A DNA stretch of 64,000 bases from positions 9,938,175 to 10,002,174 of the forward strand of contig CM119264.1 in assembly GCA_051294375.1 (NCBI GenBank). The letters are read 5' to 3'. The position numbers and the translations under genes were made by a program. The stretch is from Paraspadella gotoi (taxonomy: Eukaryota; Animalia; Chaetognatha). Position 1 is the first letter of the stretch. Each line of letters begins with the position of its first letter. Shown piece by piece: positions 12,816-25,349 of this stretch. The notes below the pieces were generated by a model. It did not search any database. It was not told where the DNA came from and saw only the letters and a list, made by a program, of their open reading frames with translations.

Positions 12816-14238
12816 CTACATGAATAAAAAAAGGCAGCAAAAACAAATATGTACTTATATAGGTTGGTTAACGGTTTCCAAAAAAATTGAATAATAATAA
12901 TAATACAAACGTTGACAGCCGATGGATAGAAGATTCAGGCGATGACAGGCGAAGGAATGAGGAAGCGGGCGATGCTAGGGCGAATCGGGCGAGGGAAGGC
13001 ATAGGAATGGTTACTCCCGCCGATTCGGACTCCGTGATGCCGCGACCTCATTTGCATTACGACCTCGGGTTGGAGCATCGGCGCAGGTTCGTTGATGAGA
13101 GTGGGTCTGGGTGAGGGAAGGAGGGTAAGGGAGGCGAGAGAGAATGAGGGGAGAGAATGGCAGGGATAAAAAGATATAGAGGAATAGGGAGAAGAAAAAC
13201 AAAATATGCAATTTATGATCTTGCTACGTTATTATCTTGTAACTCGCCATAACCGGCGTAGCCTGTCCGAAATCCGGGGCATGAAAGCTGATTTATTGAA
13301 TGATTCTAATATAATTGTACCAAGAAAAAAAAGAAAATAAAAAGATTGAAAAAAGAGTTAAAAATCTTTGACCGGTTTCTAAAACTGGCCCCTTCGACCC
13401 CATTTGAACACATCCCGCCGTCAGGCAACACCCCGTTTTCCCCGGCTGATCACAAACCAGACTCTTTTCAAAAGGTGCGAAAATTGAAAGAACGCCGATA
13501 TGCAAATGAGTTCGAAGTCGGCATTGCGCGCCGTCAGCGGATGGGGGGGGGAGGTAAAGGAGAGAGATGAAAGAGAGGGGGGGATCAGCATGGAAGTTAG
13601 ATGGTGGAAAGGAAATGGGACAGAGACGACGACGGCCTCGGCGTAATGATCCAGTAAAAGGGGATCCTAATGAGTGGGTGATCAAGATCCATCAAACGCG
13701 TATGTGACTGGAATGGATTATCCTCTTCTTTTTCCTCTTCTTCCTCCCCTTTTTTCTCCTCCTCTTCCTCTCCGCCCTTTCTCTCTCTCTCTCTCTCGAC
13801 CCTCCACTCCTCTTTCCTTCTGATTTTCCCGCTTCTCTTTATTCTCTCCTTTTTTATGCTGATCTTGAAGACGAGGAAAAGAAAGAGGAAGGAAAGGGAG
13901 GAAGGAACTCGAGCGGAAAAAAAGGGAGGAAAGAAGAAGGCGAAGGAGGAAAATCCTTAGAGAAGAGAAAGGAGCGGGAAAGAAGGAGAGAAGACGAAAT
14001 CGATTTGAGGAAAAACGATAATTTTGAAGAGGAAATAAAGACAGAAATAAAAAAAAAGAAATAAAGAAAAACGATAAGAAAAAATTAAGTGAAAAAAGAA
14101 ATAAATAAATGGAGAGAGAGAGAAAGAAAGAGAACATAAAAAAACTTTCACCTCTTTTTCCCTAATGATGCATGTTTGACAAAGGCTTAATTTTTCCTAT
14201 ATTTTACACATTATTAATATTGAAAGGAGGTAAGTGAG

Positions 14239-14294
<56 letters not shown>

Positions 14295-16025
14295 CCATGG
14301 AGGAATCAGGTTGGAAAGGTGAATAAATGTCACTTCGTGCGATATCGCCTAAGGGAAGAGGAGGGAGCGAAGGAGATGAAGAAAAATAAGAGGAGGAGGC
14401 GAGAAGGAAAGAAGCAAGAAAGGAGGAAAGAGAAAATATCGGAGATGAAAGATGGCGCTTTGAGGGAGAGAGAGCAGCGAGAGGAGAAAGAGAAGGAAAA
14501 AAATGAAAAAGAACGTAGAGCGAAAAAGAAGGCAAAGCAAAGATNNNNNNNNNNNNNNNNNNNNNNNNNNNNNNNNNNNNNNNNNNNNNNNNNNNNNNNN
14601 NNNNNNNNNNNNNNNNNNNNNNNNNNNNNNNNNNNNNNNNNNNNNNNNNNNNNNNNNNNNNNNNNNNNNNNNNNNNNNNNNNNNNNNNNNNNNNNNNNNN
14701 NNNNNNNNNNNNNNNNNNNNNNNNNNNNNNNNNNNNNNNNNNNNNNNNNNNNNNNNNNNNNNNNNNNNNNNNNNNNNNNNNNNNNNNNNNNNNNNNNNNN
14801 NNNNNNNNNNNNNNNNNNNNNNNNNNNNNNNNNNNNNNNNNNNNNNNNNNNNNNNNNNNNNNNNNNNNNNNNNNNNNNNNNNNNNNNNNNNNNNNNNNNN
14901 NNNNNNNNNNNNNNNNNNNNNNNNNNNNNNNNNNNNNNNNNNNNNNNNNNNNNNNNNNNNNNNNNNNNNNNNNNNNNNNNNNNNNNNNNNNNNNNNNNNN
15001 NNNNNNNNNNNNNNNNNNNNNNNNNNNNNNNNNNNNNNNNNNNNNNNNNNNNNNNNNNNNNNNNNNNNNNNNNNNNNNNNNNNNAAGGAAGGAAGGAAGG
15101 AAGGAAGGAAGGACGGAAGGAGATTAGGAGAAAGAAATGGGGAAAGGAAAGGAAATTCCGGGTAAGGAAGGCGCTGATTTCCCATCGAGATTTAAAAAAC
15201 AAACTTAGGGGAAGAAAAAAGGTTTTAATTCTAAAAGAAAAGAGAGGATTGGTTTGACGTAAAGGTCAAGTTGACCCAATGACTAGGGACGAGGGAGGAT
15301 AATCAAACAGCGACTAGACGTGTTTAATTTTTTGTAATTTTAAACAAGAGATGAGAGAGATGAGATCGATTAGAATGAGGGTGAGTAAAACTCTCGGAAG
15401 TTCTTCTTCGCAAGACAAGTATTTTTTTTCCTTTAATTTAAAAAAAAAATTATTTTCGATTTTGCATTCGAAAAAATATAATTTTCTCCTTCGTCTTTTT
15501 TCTAGCCGAGATACGCGTGAGGAATTGAATAAAAAAAATGGCGTCTTAGAATACAGTCTTTCGAAATATAATCAGAAAATTAGCATTTCTTCACAAAGAA
15601 CTTAAATTTAAAAAAAAAAAGAAAAGAAAAAATCGAATATAAAAGAAAAAAATATTTTTTTTCTTCGAAGGAATCGAAGAATGTAACGAGAGGCATAAAT
15701 TTCTTACAGGGGTCGCCATATTTTTTTTCTTTTTTTCATACCGAACTCTGGAGATTAATTTTTCATCTTTCTGATTTTTTTCTGTTTTTTTTTTTTTTTG
15801 TTTTTTTTTTTCTTTCTTTCTCTTCTTCTTTCTTTCTTTCTTCTTCTTTCTTTCTTCTTTTTCTTTCTTTCTTTCTTTCTTTCTTTCTTTGTGTTCTTTC
15901 TTTCTTCCTTTCTTTCTTTTCTTTTCTTTCTTTCTCTCACTCTCTCTCTCCTCTTCTTTGTTCTTACCTCCATTCCTCCTTTCTTTCCTCGTTGGCATTC
16001 TTCGGCTCGGCGTCATCTTGCCCAG

Positions 16026-16166
16026 AGTCGAAGCCAATTTTTGAGCCGAGATGAATTTTTCTCGTCGTCATCTTCGGATTCTCGACGTTGGATGGAGGGA
16101 CTTGCCAAAGTAGTGCCAGTCGAGGACTTTGGCGCCATTAGAAAGCCACCTCTGCTGGCAAGTTAT
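16026..16166 (+). CDS. Candidate 141-nt phase-0 exon, unknown product
   Basis: cttgcccag| SRSQFLSRDEFFSSSSSDSRRWMEGLAKVVPVEDFGAIRKPPLLASY |gtaagg, downstream of a long pyrimidine tract. No homology recognised. Confidence 0.22.
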
Positions 16167-16863
16167 GTAAGGATGATCGTTGCTTCCTGCTTAAAATTAT
16201 AAAGAGGGATATCGGTGTTGTCTTTGTGAACGTATGATTTTCGTTGTAAATTGAGTTACAATGTTCCTATTAAGCGTCATTTTTCATCATTTTATTTGCA
16301 AAAGTGTAATTTTTCCTTTTTGTGTCGTGTTAGTATTGGCTTCTGACAAGTGACATTTCTGAGCAAATATTCCTAAAATTCCATTCCATTCCATTCCAAA
16401 TATTTCATTCCTCATACGGTACTGTAATATAATTTTGAAAATACGTGTAACTAATGAGTAAATGAAAATATTATTGTCAAGGAAATTAAAACGATGTCAT
16501 CGACGAAGTAGGCGGAACTTACGCGCCGCATCATCTCGCTTAGAGTTAGAAACGGGCGGAACTATTTTTCAGAATCCCGAGTGGCGATGGCATCGTCAGT
16601 CGTTGTCCGCTATCGTCGACTCGCGTCTCGCGAGTTTCTATGCGATTCTAATCAATCACTGGATAAAACGAACCGAATGCCAGCGGAAGGAAAGATTGAT
16701 GACAAGCTTCGAAAGATATCCTCTCCCGCCCCCTCCCCCCCCTCTTTTTCATTCTTTTTTTTTCAAATGCTTCTGATGCTTAAGAATCTCTCTCTCTCCT
16801 ATCTCTCTCCTCTCTGCCATCTCTCTCTTCTCCCTCTCTCTCCTCTCATCTCCTCTTCTTCTC

Positions 16864-16911
<48 letters not shown>

Positions 16912-16933
16912 CTCTCTCTCTCTTTTCTCTCTC

Positions 16934-16968
<35 letters not shown>

Positions 16969-17398
16969 CTCGCTCTCTTCTCTTCTTTCCCCGTGATTTT
17001 CGGTGTGTTTTCAATAGCGAGGCAGGTGACTGGTGGCGCGCCCTTTTTCAATGTCTGTGGCCCTCGACGCTTCTGCTTAAAAAAAGAAAGAAGCGAACAA
17101 AACGATGAAAAAATTGAGAGAAAAAGGAAGATGATCACCTACGCGAAACGAAAAAAAAATGATAACCATTAAGCCTTTCTACAACGCGTTGTTAATGTTC
17201 AAAAAATGAACAAACGAAAACGTCTGGTACGACGTATGCAATAAGGCGGTAGTGAAAGTTATATACGAAAATTCTAAAGTCAATTACTGAACAACATACC
17301 ATCAGTGAACATTAATTTGGAAAAAAAAATTAATTTTATGTTTTTTTAATTTTTGCAGTGGGCTATATTTATANNNNNNNNNNNNNNNNNNNNNNNNN

Positions 17399-20300
17399 GT
17401 AAAACCAAAAAAATATATATAACTATGTTATTTTTATAATCTATTAACATAAGTAATAGGTGCTTGTTACTCCCAAACGCTATGTTTGTATGTTTTGTCT
17501 GCGGAAAAGCCGTATAATCTAACGGGGTCTCATCGCGTGGTCGTTTGCGAGGCGCCCCAACGCGGGGCTCTGGCCCGTCCGCCGGCGGGAGCGTTTGGAG
17601 TACTCCCCCACCTCCAGTGGTTTTGTTTTCTTGTCGGGTTCAACACTAGCCTTCTTTTGCAAAGTTTTTAATCAACCCCAAAGCTTTCGCTTAAAATACA
17701 ATAGAGTGGGGGGCGGTGGCTGTAAGGTTTAACTGCCTCCGGCACAAGCAGTATATTATTGCCCAAAATTTACATTTACTCTTTACTAAAATATGGCTAA
17801 GTCAAAAATGATAGATCGAGTCCTCAGGGATGGTGAAGAAAAGAATAGGGGAAATCAAGCCACGTTCTGATGATGGACCCTTCATTCAATTTTTTTTTCT
17901 TTACGCGGTTGAAACTATCCTTCTTATAAAGCCACAGTTTCATAAAGGGGTTGAAGATTGTTTGTCTGACACTCTGTACATTGTCAAACTTGGGTCTCAG
18001 CATTTCAAACTAGAGTCCACAATACCCCTCGTAATCTTCTTGCCACGGACGAAATGATTTGTTCATTTGTTTTGGAATGGAACCCAAGAGTCGATATCAA
18101 CGCTTCCTTAGGATTATTATGCAAAAAAAAAAAAACGAAAAAAACAATTTTAATTCCCAAACGTTGTGCACTCAACGCGGAACTGATACTAGGAGGGTCA
18201 ACAACCAACAGCCGAAAATCAAGAAAAAACAGATGAGGAGGGAAGAGGAGAGGAGCGAAAGAGGGATGAGACGTGTAGGATATCAGCGCGGGTGTTCTCA
18301 GTTATGGAAGTAGATATGGCAAGCCGACCGTGAACTCTGACCGCGGGCTTTTTTCAAGACTGTGAGAGAAAGGGAGCGATGCTCCTTTTCGTTCAGTTCC
18401 AGTAAAATATTTGACCTTGGAACGCCGTGGAGCGGGTTTTTTATATTGTTTGGAAGTTCATGATTAGTCCTTCTACAAATATCCGAGCTAAAATAGAGAT
18501 ATGTTTAAAAGATATATTTTTCGTTAGACAAAAAACTAGGCCCGACCGGTCAATATGAAAGTTAATTTTTGAATCGACGCGGTCAGGGTATCCGAAGTGA
18601 ACAAGGGAACTCACTCTCAGGGAGATATTAAATAGACAAAGCGTTGCAATTTCTCACCCATAGGCACTTTCATTGCAACTGTATTTCAAAAAAAATTCAT
18701 GGAAGCCTGAATTTCACTCCGCCAGTATGAGTTCGATTTTTTCCGGTCGTGGAAGAGCTCCCCACTTCCCATCTTCTCTTCAGGTTTCCAGAAAAGTTTC
18801 GGTCTGTGGGCGGACCTTGGGGAATTGCGCGCGCTACAAAAACGACAACTGTTCAGCGAAGCTCGCGAACTTTTGGGGGAGCAAATGTCGTCAAAACAGA
18901 AATTAACAAAAATAAAGAAGAGAGAAAAGGAAGAAAACGAGGAAAAAGCTTAACATGAATAATAAAAAACAAGGCTAAGCAAAAACAAAATATGTATTAT
19001 ATAGTTGGTTAGCGTTAACGCTGTGGTTCCAAAAAATTTGATAATAAATAATAATGAATAATACAACGTTGACAGCCGATGGATTAGAGATTTTTCAGGC
19101 GATGGACAGAGCGAAGGAATGAGAGGGGCGATGCTGGAGCGAATCGGTGGCGAGACGGCACATAGGAATGGTTACTCACCGGCCGCATTCGGACTCCGTT
19201 GAATTGGCCGCGACTCATTCTGCCATTACGACTCGGTTGGAAAGCATCGGCGCAGGTTCGGTTGATGGGAGTGGGTCTTGGGTGTAGGAAGGAGGTCAAG
19301 GGAGGCGACGAGAGAATGAGGGGAGAGAGATGGCAGGGATAAAAAGATATTAGAGGAATGGGTTGAGAAAAAGGAAAACAATATGCCCATTCTAATGAAT
19401 CTGTGCTACGTTATATTATTTGTTAACTCGCAATAACCGGCCGTAGCGCCGTCCGAAAATCCCGGGGGGCATGAAAAGCTGATTTATTAAATTGATTCTA
19501 TATAATTGTACAAAGAAAAAAAAAGAAAAATAAAAGTTATTGAAAAAAGACTCGTAAAAAATGCTAATGACCGGTTTCTCTAAACGCCCCCTTCGACCCC
19601 ATTTGAACCAATCCCGCCGTCAGGCAACACCCCGTTTTCCCGGCCACGGGATCCACAAACCAGACACACCTCTTTCAAAAGGATATGGAAAATTGAAGGA
19701 ACGCGATATGCAAATGAAGTTCGGAAGTCGGCATTCGCGCCGTTCAGCGGAATGGGGACGGGGAGGTAAAGAGAGGAGAGAGATCGAAAGGAGAGGGGAG
19801 GATTCAGCATGGAAGTTAAGATGGTCTGGGGAAAGGAAATGGGGACAGAACGACGACGGGCCTCGCCGCCCGTTAATGATCCAGTTTAAAGGGATCTAAT
19901 GATGTGGGTGATTCAGCATATCCATCAAACGTGCGTATTTTGTGACTGTGGGAATTGGGATTATCGCTCTTCTCATTTTCTCTTTCTTTCCTCCCCCTTT
20001 TCTCACTCCTCTTTCTCCTTCCGCCCCCTTTCTCTTCTCTCGCTTTTCTGACCCTTCACTCCATCTTCCTTACTATTTTCCGTTCTCTTAATTCTCTCCC
20101 TTTTTTATGCTGAATCTTGAAGACGAGGGAAAAGAAAAAGAGGAAGGAAAGGGAAGGAGGAAGGAAACTTCGAGCGGAAAAAAAAGGGAGGAAAGAGAAG
20201 AAGGCGAAAGGAGGAAAATCCCTATTAGAGAGGGAGAAAGAGCGGGGGGAAAGAGGATGAGAAGACGAAAATCGAATTTGGGGAAAAAACCGATAAAATT

Positions 20301-22945
20301 TTGAAGACGGAAATTTAAAGACAGATAATAAAAAAAAAAAAAAAAGTAAAAAAAAAAAAGAAAACGATAGGGAAAAAAAATTAACGTTGAAAAAATGAAA
20401 AAAAGAAATAATAAATAAAATGGAAGGAGAGAGAGGAAAGAAAGAGACATAAAAAAAAAAAACTTTCACCTCTTTTTCCCTAATGTGCATGTTTTTGACA
20501 AAGGCTTAATTTTTTCCTTATTATTTACACATTATTAATATTGAAAGGAGGTAAGTGATGGATGAGGAGGAGAGAGAGAGGAGAAAGAGTATCAGTAGAG
20601 AGAGAGAAGAGAGTAAGGAGATGAGAGGAGAAGATCTGAGAGAGAGAGAGAGAGAGAGAGGCCATGTAGGATCAAGGTTAGGAAAGGTGAAATAAATGTC
20701 ACTTTCGTGCGATATCGCCCTAAGGAGAGGAGGGAGCGAAAGAGATTGAAGAAAAACAATAAGAGAGAGGAGAGCGAGAGGAAAGAAGCAAGAAAGGACG
20801 GAAAGAGAAAATATCGGAGGCATGAAAAGATGGCGGCTTGAGGGAGAGAGAGCCAGAGAGGAGAACAGAGAACGGAAAAAAATGAAAAACAAGAACGTAG
20901 ACGCGAAAAAAAGAAGCCACAAGCAAAGATGGCGAGAGTTTGTTAAACGTTGAAGATGTGCGTAGATTAAGAGACAGCAGATTAATACAATGGGGAAGAG
21001 GAGTGGAAATTAACTCGTCGGACTAACAGGTGGAAAATAAGGCTGGTCGTCAGAGGAAGAGGAAAGAGAAAAGGAAGGAAAGAAGAAGAAAGAGGAAGCG
21101 AAAGGAAAGGAAGCGAAGGAAGGAGAAGGAAGAGAAGGGAAGAGAAAGGAGAAAAAGGACAGGAAGGGAAGGTTAAAGGAAGGAGAGGAAAGGAAGAGAG
21201 AAGAGAAGAGCAATGGAAAAAGGACTTATGACGGAAATAGAAGAAATGGGAAAACCGGGTAAGGAAGGCGCTGATTTCCCATCGAGATTTAAAAAAACAA
21301 AACTTAGGGGAAGAAAAAAGGTTTCTAATTCTAAAGGAGATTACGTAAAGGTCAAGTTTGACCCCAATGACAAGGGACGAGGGAGGAATAATCAACACGA
21401 CTAGACGTGTTTAATTTTTGTTAATTTTTAAACAAGAGATGAGAGAGTGAGATCGATTAGACAGTGAGGAAGCGAGTAAGAGCAATCTTTTGAAATTTCC
21501 TCTCTTCGCAAGAAGTTTTTCTTCGTTTAGATAAAAAAAAATTATTTTCGCATTTTGCACTTCGGAAAAATATAATTTTCTCCTTGTTCTTTTTTTAGCC
21601 GAGATACGCGTAGGAATTGAATAAAAAAAATGGCGTCTTAGAATACAGTCTTTCGAAATATAATCAAGAAAATTAGCACTTTCTTCACAAACGAACTTAA
21701 TTTAAAAAAAAAAGAAAAGAAAAAAAAATCGAATAAAAGAAAAAAAGATTCTTTTTTCTTCGAAGGAATCAAAGAATGTAACGAGAGGCATAATTTCTTA
21801 CAGGGGTCGCATATTTTTTTTTCTCTTTTTCATACCGAACTCTGGGAGATTAATTTTATTCTTTCTGATTTTTTTATCTGTTTTTTTTTTATTTATAGTT
21901 TTATGTTTTTCTTCTTTCTTTCTTCTTTCTTTCTTTCTATTCTCTTCTTCTTTCTTTTCTTTCTTTCTTTCTTTCTTTCTTTTTTCTTTCTTTCTTCTTT
22001 CTTTCTTCTTTCTTTTCTTTCTTTCTCTCACTCTCCTCTCTCCGCTTCTTTGTATCTTACCTCCATTCCTCTTCTTTCCTCGTTGGCATTCTTCGGCCTC
22101 GACGTCATCTTGCCCGAGCGAAAGCCATTTTGGAGCCAGATGAATTTTTCTCGTCTTTCATCTTCGGATTCTCGACTTGGATGGAGGGAACTATGCCAAA
22201 GTAGTGCCAGTCGAGGACTTTGGCGCCATAAGAAAGCCACCTTCTGCTGGCAAGTTATGTGTAGATAGATCGTTGCTTAAATTATAAAGAGGGATATCGG
22301 TGGTGTCTTTGTGAACGTATGATTTCGTTGTAAATTGAGTACAATTGTTCCTAATTAAGCGTCATTTTTCATCTTTTATTTGCAAAAAGTGTATTTCTTT
22401 TTTTTCTGTGTTAGTATTGGCTTCTGATGTGACATTTCCCTGGCAAATATTCCTAAATTCCATTCCATTCATTTCCATTCCATTCATATTCATCTATACG
22501 GACTGAATAAACTTTGAAAATACGTATAACTAATGAGTAAATGAATATTATTGTCACAGGAAATTAAAACGATGTCATCGACGAAGTAGCGCGAATTACG
22601 CGCCGATCATGCTCGCTTAGAGTTAGAAGAACGGGCGGAACTTTTTCAGAATCCGATGGCGAGGCATCGTCAGTCGTTGTCCGCGTCATCGTCGACTCGC
22701 GTCTCGCGAGTTTCTATGCGATTCTAATCAATCACTGATAAACGAACCGAATGCCAGCGGAAGGAAGATTGATGAAAGCTTCGAAGATATCTCTCCCCCC
22801 TCCTCCCCCCCCCCCTCTTTTTCATTCTTTTTTTTTTCAATGCTTCTGATCTTAAGAATCTCTCTCTCTCTCTCTCTCTTCATCTCCTCTCTTCTCTCTC
22901 TTCCTCTCTTTCTCTTCCTTCTCTCTCTCTCTCTCTCTCCTTCTT

Positions 22946-22998
<53 letters not shown>

Positions 22999-23002
22999 TC
23001 TG

Positions 23003-23052
<50 letters not shown>

Positions 23053-23455
23053 TTGTTCTCTCTCTCTCTCTCTCTCTCTCTATTCTCGATGATTTTTCGG
23101 TTGTTGTTGCGGAGGCAGGTGGACTGTGCGCACGCCCTTGTTCAGTCAGCCTTCGACGGCTTCGTCAGATTAAAAAGAAAGAAGACGAACAAAAACGTGA
23201 AAAAAATTGAGGAAAAAGGAGATGAATCGCTGAACGGAAAAAAAATTAGATAACCAATTAGCTTTTCTACGCGTTGTTAATTGTTTAAAAAATGAACAAA
23301 CGAAAGACGTCTGGTACGACGTATGAATAAGGCGTAGTGAAAGTTATATTACGAAAATTCTAAAAGTCAATTATGAACAACATCCATAAGTGAACATTAA
23401 TTTATAAAAAAATTTAATTTTATGTTTTTAATTTTCGCAGTAGGCTTATTTTATT
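17399..23455 (+). repeat. ~6-kb block, copy 2; indel-rich and probably a redundant long-read extension
   Basis: Same order of segments as 11404-17373, differing mainly by single-base insertions. It supplies sequence (~20930-21240) where copy 1 has the 14545-15084 gap. Confidence 0.9.
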
Positions 23456-23719
23456 AGTACTGATCACTTATAGTTATGGTGCATTAACAATCGTTTTATG
23501 AGGAAAAACGATATTATTCTTTATTGGCAATATATTTAAAGGTTTAACATCGCTTAACCATAGTTCATCTTGCGAAGTAAATGCAAGAAAAACACGACAC
23601 AAAAAAGCTAAAAAATATTTTGGGTTAAAAGAGAGAGAGAGAATAAGAGTGAAAGAAATATTGAGGTCAAAAGTTAGGGACAAAAGCTCAAGAAAAGAAA
23701 GAAGAAGAAACCCCCCCCC

Positions 23720-24060
23720 ATCTTCAATAGTCTTTTAGTTTTTGTTAGAAGAGGATTCCATGCGTGTGTTTATTACATATTTAGGAGAGGTCATCGTTGA
23801 GGCCTTTTCCGGTTCTGTCCTTGACGACGATCTCCAGGCTCTCCGCAACAGCAATTCGGAATTCAAGTTTTTTTCGGTTTTTGGTTTGAAAAGTTGCAGG
23901 ACCACAGCGGTCTTCCCAGGCGATTTCACCTTCGCAGATTTTGCATGTTTGCTGAATTCCCGACATATTCTGGGCTCGTCGTCGTGAAGATTGCGGAGTC
24001 TCTTCGATGTTGTAGCTGTTGCGCTTTTTTATTGAGACGCTATGGTTTCAGTAGAAGAGC
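23720..24060 (-). pseudogene. C-terminal part of a PLE GIY-YIG endonuclease, frameshifted
   Basis: Joining frames across indels gives ET..SIKKR.LQHRRD...SG.SKHAKICEGEIAWEDAVVLATFQTKNRKKLEFRIAVAESLEIVVKDRTGKGLNDDLSKYV.THAWNPLL. This fits the Penelope EN pattern GET...R..xH...H....I.W...(I/V)L.....E(S/A)LEI.....LN.D (recognised from memory, not by search). ORF 23781-23966 carries part of it. Confidence 0.78.
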
Positions 24061-24189
24061 GTTGTTGGTTGGGCGTGAGCTTTTGTCCTTAATCTTGACC
24101 TCCATATTTTTTTCACTCTTTTCTCTCTCTTCTCTTTTAACCAAAATATTTTTACTTTTTGTGTCGTGTTTTCTTGCATTTACTTCGCA

Positions 24190-24232
24190 AATGAACTATA
24201 GGTAGCGATGTTTAACCGAAATATATTGCTCA
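24190..24232 (+). ncRNA. Possible degenerate minimal hammerhead ribozyme in the pLTR (second copy on - at ~23527-23570)
   Basis: Two-copy consensus ct-at-a ggttaa gcgatgt ttaacc gaaa tatatt gc: stem II + GAAA + palindromic stem III, followed by aataaa. The CUGANGA core is not intact in either noisy copy. Confidence 0.35.
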
Positions 24233-25349
24233 AATAAAAATTAATATGCGTTTTCCTCATAAAACGATGTATCACCCAATACTATGTACTCATACCGCAT
24301 ATTTACGATGACTCTCAAGGCAATACTATCCTTATAAAATCGAAAAATTTCAAATAGGCTTTTCTTAATTTGATTGCAGAATTTGTTCCTCGTCAAAAGT
24401 TGATAAAGAAAATATAAATCATTTTTATAATTCTTTCATTAAGTGGCGTAAAAATAATTAAAAAAGCTATATTTAATATATAAAAAGTTAATTTTAAGCT
24501 CAAAATATAGCTTTTTCTAATTTTTGAACCACTTAATAAAAGGAATTTTTCAAAAAGAGTTATATTTCTTTCTATCAACTTTTTATGACGAATCCAAATC
24601 TGCAAAAATATCTTTAAAAAAACTGTTTTGAAATTTTAACATTTATTGGTTTAGTACTAGTATAAATAAATACTGCGTAAATTGAAAAATTTATCATAAA
24701 TTTTTTTTATTACATAAATGTTCATTAGAATAATGTTGTTCATTCCTCACTTTTAGAATTTAAATTAAAGTTAAATTTAGAAATTTTACTACGCCTTAGT
24801 ATGCAATATTGCTGAAAAATATAAGCAATTTATATAGAAAAATAGGTTAAACGACTTTCTTTTAATCCAAAGTGTTCGGTAAATATTACATTCCTGTAAA
24901 ATTTAATCTATTCTCAACTTCTATCTTTTTATCGCTCCCTCAATAATCGAAAACCACCTTCCAGGTGAAGAGCGAAGATTTTTTTTTTCATTCAGATTTT
25001 ACCTCCATACTTTTGGCCAGAAAATTCCTCCTCCCGATTCCGCCTTTTATCTGCATCGTCCATCCGTCACTTTTTTGGATTGGTTTCCCCTTTCAGGTTG
25101 CCCTCTGCTGTTCTCTCTCTAGTTCTCTCTCTAGCTCGTTACACGTCTAGTCTCGGTACTATTGGTCTTGGGGCTCCTCTCTTCTCTTCTCTATTTTTCA
25201 ATACTTCCTTCGTCTTTGATTCAGGCATTCTTCATCGTCTTTCAACTTTCCTCTATCTTCTCTCTCTCATCGTCGTCTCTTTTCTCTCTCTCTTTCCTTC
25301 TCTTCTCCTCTCTATCTCTGATCTTTCGCTCTTCTCGTCTCTTCTGGTC

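Larger units (their letters stand above)
11404..17373 (+). repeat. ~6-kb block, copy 1 of an apparent tandem duplication
   Basis: Collinear over its length with 17399-23455 (e.g. taataggtgcttgtttactcccaaacgctatg at ~11456 and ~17455); the copies are separated by a 25-N gap. Confidence 0.92.
23456..24323 (-). mobile_element. 5'-truncated Penelope-like retroelement (PLE) with inverted pseudo-LTRs and tail
   Basis: Inverted repeats ~23456-23689 and ~24077-24290 flank a GIY-YIG remnant. The right repeat has an extra ~33 nt (24291-24323). The insertion is absent from homologous MITE copies (empty site ..tatagtactatccttataaaatcg at ~8057-8080). Confidence 0.8.
23330..24796. mobile_element. TA-flanked MITE (Tc1/mariner-type by TSD) carrying a nested Penelope-like insertion
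   Basis: Termini TA|aggcgtagtgaaa ... ttttactacgcct|TA. Subterminal aaattctaaaagtcaattatgaacaacat matches the reverse complement aaattctaaaagtgaggaatgaacaacat at the other end. Confidence 0.72.
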
